Source of the DNA: an uncultured Desulfobacteraceae bacterium
Lineage (GTDB): Bacteria > Desulfobacterota > Desulfobacteria > Desulfobacterales > JAABSP01
NCBI GenBank assembly: GCA_964633575.1
Contig: CAZWGY010000002.1
Span: forward strand, 1-51,377
DNA: 51,377 nucleotides
Direction of reading: 5' to 3'
The translations under genes were made by a program, and so were the position numbers. This document shows, in pieces, positions 49,201 through 51,377 of this stretch. The stretch's first letter is position 1. Each line of letters opens with the position of its first letter. The notes beneath the pieces were generated by a model that saw nothing but the letters and a program-made list of their open reading frames with translations, did no database searches and had not been told where the DNA came from.

Positions 49201-50302
49201 GGATGTTACCCAGGCGGTGACGGTGACGGGGCTTAACGATGCTGACGGTGACGGCGATATCGCTTACCGGGTGACCGCCACTGCGGATCTGGGTGGTTTC
49301 ACCGGCGCAACCGCTGCGGCGGATATGACCAACGTGGATCTCAACGTCGAGCCCGAGGCGCCCTTCTATGTCTTTTACATCAAGGATGATGCGGCCATTG
49401 ACGATGAGCCCATGCTCGACCCGAACGGTGTGTTCAGCGATCCGGCCGACGGAAAGGTGATATTTACCGATCCGGATACCGGAACCACGCCGGTTTACTC
49501 GATTACGGACGGTAACGATGACAATATCTTCGCCATCGATACCGACACCGGTCTGATCACAGTGGCAGATCCCACCGACCTGCAGTACGAGCTCCAGACA
49601 ACCTATACCCTGACGGTAGAGTACAGCGACGATAACACCGCCGAAGGAGGACCTGCAACCGGAGAGACTCTGGTCCAGATCAATGTCATTGATGCCGGCG
49701 TGAACGACTATACCCCGCCGGGGACCATTGACGACCAGCTCATCGAGTCCGACAGCCTCTGGATCTACCAGATCGAGGATGGGACGTTCCTCGATGCCGA
49801 GGTCGTCCTCTTCGAGGCCAGCGGTACGCCGATCACCGAGGGATGGCTCTCCTTCGAGATGGAAACCCAGACCTTCCTGTATATGCCCGACGCCGGGTCG
49901 GATGCAGGTTACTTGGCTGACGACACCTTCGTCATCGAGGTCACGGCCCATTACTGGGGTGGCAACTACCAGGAGCTGGGAACCGCAACTCTGAACTTTA
50001 ACCTCGAGTACGACTACATCGCGATGATGGATACGGATCTCCTTGACGCGGTCCGGTCACTCGATGAAACCGACGGAGACTACGAGATTCCCGTTGAGGG
50101 TGATGGGGTCTTGATCCAGGATGTCATGGTGGCCCGAGCCTTTACCGGCGCGCCCACCGCCGCACCGGCACCTGAGATGGTGGACGCGGAAACCCTGGAA
50201 GCTCTGGCCCTCCTCGAGGGAGCCGAGTTTGCCGCCGCCGCTCCGGCTGACGCGGCCCAGGCCGTTGACCGGCAGGTCGGAGACAATGTAGCTAACGCAT
50301 AA
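37271..50302 (+). CDS. Giant (4343 aa) repeat adhesin-like protein: DUF4347-like head, CADG/Ig-like domain, 33 Calx-beta/Ig-like repeats, cadherin repeat, CADG-like domain, acidic Ala-rich tail
   Basis: ORF track, with a strong Shine-Dalgarno.
- The N-terminus MAMFKIRRLEDRIVLDGAG plus an acidic stretch has no Sec signal.
- VLVISSDL...IAFATHNEG...GRIDLLACNV...GDWVLE matches my recollection of DUF4347.
- The repeat consensus is (T/S)xEDGDTAxFxVxLxxQPTxxVTVTxxSxDTxEGxV....LTFxxxNWxxxQTVTVxGxDDxxxDGDxTY.
- The cadherin signature is VYSITDGNDDNIFAIDTDTGLITV...YTLTVEYSDD...INVIDAGVNDYTP (about nt 49360-49720). Confidence 0.9.
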   Translation: MAMFKIRRLEDRIVLDGAGMLDLVDELDDQDFTGAMDGADGDAPDDADAGADDSGIDGTEPLFLADGEDVGADEGVHVLVISSDLQQADDLAAAAKDGVIVVEYDPAETDVEGLANLIHESLGGQEADSIAFATHNEGASLPLAEGAVTNLDSLETDTEVQSFWKAVGGELSDGGRIDLLACNVVEDESGEAFVAKLEDISGANVAASVDATGNEAYGGDWVLETDDIDLQKTYFDADALDDVEGTLAVPVLQNPMDDRTYNVGAVNESFKIVGAGFPSTVNHTFYDSDADTLFYYVGYSTTASWLTFDSQGTTTGTFNVGTIPTGDLGKTITVTVEAWSPDWSGYARDYFDVSVVADNAILIDPVGGDNQTGEDGDTAEFNVSLQNNPGAEVTVTLGTNDAGEGTVTAGGTLTFSSTNYGTPQTVTVTGVDDSIVDGNQNYQLTASASSSGYYNGATATENVVNVDDDTFSVLIGTTGDELTSENLDTASFTVSLGAQPTAQVQVNLSSNDASEGKVISTKPIYFSAANWDDPQTVTVQGVNDASLDGDVVYRVAAQAYGGGYNGQIGRATFTNIDNDQAGFVVTPSDMETTEDGGLGKFYVHLKVKPNTSITVNTASDDTGEGDVTGGGTLTFDSSNWDQPRLVTITGQDDAVVDGDQTYTVTLQGTGGAYDGLTKTALLTNVDNDSVGIAISGSADLETSEAGGTAEFDVVLLSQPTGSENVTVSFTSSDTGEGQEPASVEFTSANWDTAQTITVTGADDGLVDGDQPFTITATANGANYSGQNDSIGMTNVDDDTFGITVTPGTDTDTDETGDTASFSVVLKAQPTADVTVTLNSSDTEEGTVPASITFSSTNWDTARTVTVTGADDDIVDGDQPFTVTATANNGGYSGETGTATFTNVDDDTIAINITQAADTTTDEDGDTATFDVALNSQPTAQVTIDFSSSKPAEGDVSSGSLTFTTGNWDTPQTVTVTGEDDPVIDGSQKYTIIATGSGAEYTGVNATANFTNLDNDTAGLIFDTAGPLVTSEDGDTVSFTVRLATQPTYEVTVTMASQNTAEGKVTTGGSLTFTTGDWDVTQTVVVTGQDDSPAALDGDVAYFVKATANSLVDTSYQFTDGLDFTNLDNDGPSISVNTVVWDTSEDGETGSFTVVLNAAPTDTVTVTVTSQDTTEGTVGASTLSFTTENWSQAQTVIVTGVDDILVDPDVTYTVEAVANGGGYSGQSGAAEFTNADNDTPQILANLLNNVTTEAGATAEIEVVLSNQPTGEVEVSVISGDPLEGSPSTSTLTFDPSNFNSAQYVTITGQDDLVVDGDTTYPINFTATGGGYDGASLETIGAYGGVTDSAVLLNEDNDEPTIVVTVTDPTSTEDGGTGTIQAKLGAKPTGPVTVTVSIDDTTEGTNLSATTLTFTATNWNQNQPVTVEGKDDTILDGDVTYSVSFSAADNGYDGITASGVLTNTDNDTPKIGFTLDDTITSEDLDTGGFSIVLKTQPTGDVLLTANVDDTTEGFVSSSLPITFSSTTWDQPQLVTVTGQGDGVGDGDIAYNVIYELSGSGYDGITGSVGMTNIDEDNPGITFVALDAETSEAGDTGNFWVKLDAMPTDDVVVTVSSDEPGEGSVTGGAVLTFTTSNFDTYQTVTVEGVDDDVDDGDVTYTITAVPAGGGYHAGFSESQTLTNVDDDTAEILVSQGADISTGEGGDQATFTVSLASQPTQAVDVTVTSDDTGEGSVTTGGALRFSISNWSAPQTVVVTGQEDTVIDGDATYSVSVEATAGDPNYVGLTGEATLTNVDNDVPSLVVTTTDNLTREDGETGEVEVKLGAQPIGQVTVTISSDDTSEGLVTAGGSLTFESTNWNVGQTATITGQDDNMVDGDITYTVTFEASGSGYANVTASETLTNVDSGEAVGFITSAGDFSTGEDGATGGFDIKLSSQPTGTGTVTLTVSSGDSGEGSVTAGSTLSFSSTNWDVTQHVTVTGQDDPSLDGNQTYEISVTASGADYDGETWTTVMTNADDDVAELAVTRTDGITDEDGDTGAIDVALKAQPTGNVYVSLSSDTPTEGSVAGTGILTFSTGNWSVPQTATVNGVDDDALDGDATYTVTLTPSSGGYGSAPTEGVVMTNEDTDQPSLVVVGVDTDTDEDNDTGEIQVSLAVEPTGAVTVTADITDTTEGSVNAPVTLSFSPTNWDETQAITVEGVDDTALDGDVTYDVSFTAAGGGYDTATATQIMTNADNDSPQLVIDGVTDYTTLSYTTSETGDTDGFDIELNVQPTAQVTVTVGTSDSSEGLISSAETFKFSTTNWNVAQTAKVLGADDNAVDGDVPYDITVTAAGGGFGGSSAVLDFTNTDDDEGSVILTDISPVDRLTGEDGDTAAFEVTLAAQPVGGDVTVTLASDDTGEGTVDPASQTLTFTSSNWNQPQVVTVNGVDDQVDDGDQAYNVTATANGGGYVDESASITLDNVDDDEAGYVVTRFDELTGEDGDTGGFQLWLKTEPTAGLSVNISVIGDEGTTVVSYDSLAFSPLNWSDPQTVIIEGVDDDLVDGDQTYTVSLTGYQAGGLTKYDGLTDGVTLTNEDDDSYGVTVIQGTDPADVTTTEDGGDNNIRIHLNAEPTGTVQVSVTVDDTTEGLIGSTTGDQEITIDFDSSNWSQAQTVTIYGQDDAAVDGDVTYTVSVVANGGGYTGETGMATLTNVDNDEYGMTVITAGMDLVTGEDGDTGSFKVVLDAKPTGDVTVSFTSSDTEEGVAPADITFSTTNWNVARTVTVVGGDDDVADGSATFSITATANGGGYTGIETGVVTMDNLDDDAPGIVTSLLDATTDEDGATGAFQVALKSQPTATVSVLVSSDTPTEGQVTDGASLSFGTANWSAPQTVTVTGQPDDVLDGDVTYKVTAEAQAGGGYDTTHQAVMIMTNVDTDEPSLVVNVVDGTSGEDGDTAEVEVSLGIQPAGAVTVTADIVDTTEGAITGSATLNFDSGNWSQPQSFVIEGVDDDYADGDTTYTIGLSATGSDFDGITDERTLTNAEDGDSVGFFITETDTSTGEDLDTATFDIRLATKPTEDVTVTLSSSDTSEGKVTSTKTLIFTTGNWTEVQSVTVTGQDDDILDGSQTYTINISAAGGDYDGYTDGVDMTNTDYDTPDIGLTAVDKLTGEDGDTGSVQVVLKAQPTSTTFVKLTSDDTGEGANPGTIEFSTANWSQIQTVTINGVDDDVDDGDATYNITAEAQGGGYTGENKTVVMTNVDDDTAAVFMTATDALTGEDGATGAVDIRLGSDPGTNTVTISISSSDTEEGTVTGGNTIDFTSANWSTIQTVVIDGVDDDVDDGNQTYTITATAGANYGNLTDTGDFTNVDDDEAGINIVVNTNTGNVTDEDGATIELLVTLNSEPTANVTVTVASDDATEGKAETGTSPGDDELTFSPTNWSDGQTVLVTGQNDDLLDGDVTYSIIATGSGSAEYVGVTASAEATNLDNDVAAIYMTATTATTNEDGTTGEVQIALSAKPNANVTVTLASSDTSEGEPNRTSLTFSASNWNVARAVQINPVDDDVVDGDITYNITASATGGGFNGATGSALMTNGDDDTAALILITDLDNVTGEDGDTGAIQIRLGSEPTKTVNVSIASDDTSEGRPDSGSIQFTTGNWDVTQLVTFTGVDDSPPAFDDDQSYKYTVTAASFDPVYDGLCETGIMTNVDDDELELIITPTGDSETGEDGDTATFSVRLNGQPTVAHQVTVGFINNYPDEGTVATGTTLTFDSSNWSVGQTVEVTGIDDSALDGDVTYTVTASGTATWDGTLNPTANAVLTNVDDDLPTLIISGAEDFSTGEDGATGGFTIKLASEPTAPVQVTIASQDTSEGKVTIATQTLNFPVADWDVTQAVVINGQDDQALDGNQTYSLLITATGDGYAGVTQEVVMTNVDDDSAEIVITMIDSTTSEAGDTGAFTVALSSQPTATVEVTVASEDTAEGSVTAGSTLYFSTANWDVTQAVTVTGLNDADGDGDIAYRVTATADLGGFTGATAAADMTNVDLNVEPEAPFYVFYIKDDAAIDDEPMLDPNGVFSDPADGKVIFTDPDTGTTPVYSITDGNDDNIFAIDTDTGLITVADPTDLQYELQTTYTLTVEYSDDNTAEGGPATGETLVQINVIDAGVNDYTPPGTIDDQLIESDSLWIYQIEDGTFLDAEVVLFEASGTPITEGWLSFEMETQTFLYMPDAGSDAGYLADDTFVIEVTAHYWGGNYQELGTATLNFNLEYDYIAMMDTDLLDAVRSLDETDGDYEIPVEGDGVLIQDVMVARAFTGAPTAAPAPEMVDAETLEALALLEGAEFAAAAPADAAQAVDRQVGDNVANA
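38341..49345 (+). repeat. Coding tandem array of 33 divergent ~105-115-aa beta-sandwich (Calx-beta/Ig-like) repeats
   Basis: Hand count of the conserved N(W/Y/F)xxxQ(T)V(T)V.G.DD...DGD..Y block: 33 occurrences. Repeat junctions carry acidic N(V/A/T/L)D(D/N)D linkers. The copies are clearly diverged at the DNA level, and no long identical stretches were noticed. Confidence 0.85.
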
Positions 50303-50341
50303 CCGAAAACCCGACCTCATCAACTGAGGGAGGCGGATATC

Positions 50342-50376
50342 CAGGGGCACGCCGTCGGGTGTGCCCCTGCTTTTTG
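50342..50376 (+). terminator. Rho-independent terminator of the giant gene
   Basis: CAGGGGCAC (50342-50350) pairs perfectly with GTGCCCCTG (50361-50369) across a 10-nt loop. C + TTTTT (50370-50375) follows, 40 nt after the stop codon. Confidence 0.85.
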
Positions 50377-50411
50377 AGGGGGCCATGATCATTGTTTGTG
50401 GGCTACCCTCA

Positions 50412-50902
50412 GCTTGGGTGGAAATTTAATCCCAGGCGTGACCGGCATGTTTAACCCGGCATTGATAAATGGTTGTGCCGGCCTTGCGCGTGGGGATGAA
50501 TCCCCACGCTATTTCCCAAATGTCCCTACAGGACAAGGTGTTGCATGGGGTCCTTTTGGGGCTGATTTCATGTAATGGCCATATTGGGGCACGGGCGTCA
50601 GCGTCCTGGAGGGACGCCGTGTAATAGCGCGGGAATTTATTCCCGCGCGGGGCTCAACCGGCTAAAGCCGGTTCGATATGATGGGCTCAATCGGCTGTCC
50701 GCCAATCACGTTTTCAGCGCGGTGATGAACCGGTTTCATGGCTTTTGAACCAGAGGCTCATCCTTTCCCAACGCGCTTTAGTGCGTTTTGTGGGATCAGC
50801 CTGGGAATTTATTCCCAGGCGATGCTACGGTCATAAAGATTTGTATAAAGACGAGGGCGCAGCCCCCGGTGGCGGTCGCAAAGATGCGGGCGAGACGCCC
50901 GC
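50412..50902. repeat. Cluster of at least eight short GC-stem hairpins (REP-like), several sharing a GGGAA-TTTA-TTCCC core
   Basis: Hairpins read directly:
- 50412-50437: GCTTGGG...TCCCAGGC.
- 50488-50509: GCGTGGGGA-TGAA-TCCCCACGC.
- 50601-50617: GCGTCC-TGGAG-GGACGC.
- 50627-50648: GCGCGGGAA-TTTA-TTCCCGCGC.
- 50656-50673: AACCGGC-TAAA-GCCGGTT.
- 50770-50787: AACGCGC-TTTA-GTGCGTT.
- 50799-50820: GCCTGGGAA-TTTA-TTCCCAGGC.
- 50886-50902: GCGGGCG-AGA-CGCCCGC.
In addition, the 14-nt direct repeats GGGCTCAA(C/T)CGGCT occur at 50650-50663 and 50683-50696. Confidence 0.7.
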
Positions 50903-50971
50903 GCTCCCAGGGATTGTCGCTCAGAAGATCAAATCGGATCGTAGAGAATATAACAGAGAGGATACGGATAT

Positions 50972-51377
50972 ATGGAATCCAATATCGTGCCGCTGTCGCG
51001 GGAGCGGCATGGCAACAAGCGGGTCATTCGGCCGGAAAGCTACCGATACGCGAAAACCACTCACATGGCACCGATTCTGGTCAACGAGTTTACCCGGGCG
51101 GCAGCCAATTACCCCATCGTCTTTTTGAAAACCGGCGATGAGTATATGTCTTATGTTATGCTCGGTCTGACGAACGATGAAAACCTATTTGTGGACGAAG
51201 AGGGGCGGTGGGATTCAGCCTATGTTCCCGCGGTGATTCGGAGGGCTCCGTTTGCGTCGGGTAAGCGACCGGGGAGCGACGACTTGATGGTCTGCATCGA
51301 TGAGCGCAGCGAGTTTCTGTCAGAGACCGAAGGCGAGCCGCTTTTCGACGAATCCGGCCAGCCGGGCGCGGTGGTCA
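50972..51377 (+). CDS. SapC-family protein (5' partial, runs off the window)
   Basis: Not in the ORF track because it has no stop in the window. My own translation from ATG 50972 (an in-frame TAA lies at 50951-50953 and GAGAGGA sits 9 nt upstream) gives MESNIVPLSRERHGNKRVIRPESYRYAKTTHMAPILVNEFTRAAANYPIVFLKTGDEYMSYVMLGLTNDENLFVDEEGRWDSAYVPAVIRRAPFA...VCIDERSEFL...EPLFDESG. This matches the SapC pattern as I recall it (H..l......a..h..P....Ef..aa..yPivF.k.......p.allGl...eNlfv...G.W...YiPa..RryPF). Confidence 0.8.
   Translation, partial: MESNIVPLSRERHGNKRVIRPESYRYAKTTHMAPILVNEFTRAAANYPIVFLKTGDEYMSYVMLGLTNDENLFVDEEGRWDSAYVPAVIRRAPFASGKRPGSDDLMVCIDERSEFLSETEGEPLFDESGQPGAVV

Noticed and set aside
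38341-49345. The repeat array as an assembly artefact, or as near-identical tandem DNA repeats prone to collapse.
   Set aside because: The copies are clearly diverged at both the protein and the DNA level (different codons and different variable positions in every copy I compared). The reading frame is uninterrupted.
43814-49951. Antisense ORFs inside the giant gene (for example 43814..44581, 255 aa, and 49172..49951, 259 aa).
   Set aside because: They lie within a continuous 13-kb sense ORF with a periodic repeat structure. Their translations have no motifs and reflect the repeat periodicity of the sense strand.
37271-50302. Classical RTX (GGxGxD) repeats, an N-terminal Sec/Tat signal, or an LPXTG/PEP-CTERM-type anchor in the giant protein.
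   Set aside because: I looked through the N- and C-terminal regions and found none of these. T1SS export is therefore only inferred from the TolC-like neighbour and the absence of a signal peptide.
50412-50902. Possible CRISPR array, because of repeated palindromic GGGAATTTATTCCC-type units.
   Set aside because: Only 3-4 related copies are present. Their outer stems differ, spacing is irregular (73, 139, 172 nt), other unrelated hairpins are interspersed, and no cas genes are present.
50745-51141. ORFs 50745..51128 (127 aa) and 50788..51141 (117 aa) from the track.
   Set aside because: They run through the hairpin repeats (giving translations such as GETPALPG and RARRPRSQG) and overlap, in other frames, the well-supported SapC-family frame that starts at 50972.
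1-51377. Mobile-element or genomic-island boundaries (transposase, integrase, tRNA attachment site, long terminal repeats).
   Set aside because: No such genes or tRNAs were recognised in any frame. Only the short palindromic REP-like elements at both ends of the window were found.

Overview
High-GC bacterial chromosomal window (about 60-66% GC by eye; taxon not determinable from the sequence alone). No rRNA, tRNA, CRISPR array, transposase or integrase was seen.

Gene content, left to right:
- 1-275: a structured non-coding end.
- 276-5410 (minus strand): a signalling operon encoding a CHASE2-Ser/Thr kinase, a PP2C phosphatase, a double-FHA protein and a zinc-ribbon/TM/vWA-like protein. A NAD kinase gene lies upstream.
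- 6640-11592 (plus strand): a complete LivKHMGF-type branched-chain amino-acid ABC transporter operon.
- 11643-35274: the dominant feature, a 23.6-kb run of seven same-strand, start/stop-overlapping genes made almost entirely of TPR arrays fused to GT41 (O-GlcNAc-transferase/SPINDLY-like) catalytic domains. By hand count there are nine GT41 modules, two PAPS-type sulfotransferase modules and three class-I methyltransferase-like modules (one intact, two degenerate).
- 35548-37101: a TolC-like outer-membrane factor gene.
- 37271-50302: a 13-kb gene for a 4343-aa Thr/Asp/Gly/Val-rich adhesin-like protein. Its architecture is DUF4347-like head, 33 hand-counted ~105-115-aa Calx-beta/Ig-like repeats, a cadherin repeat and an acidic/Ala-rich tail. 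It has no Sec signal and no RTX repeats.
- 50342-50376: a clean terminator.
- 50412-50902: a swarm of short GC-stem tetraloop hairpins.
- 50972 onward: the 5' part of a SapC-family gene running off the window.

Main hypothesis (inference): the TPR-GT41/sulfotransferase/methyltransferase array is a cytoplasmic multi-enzyme protein-decoration system, and the adjacent giant repeat adhesin is its likely substrate.
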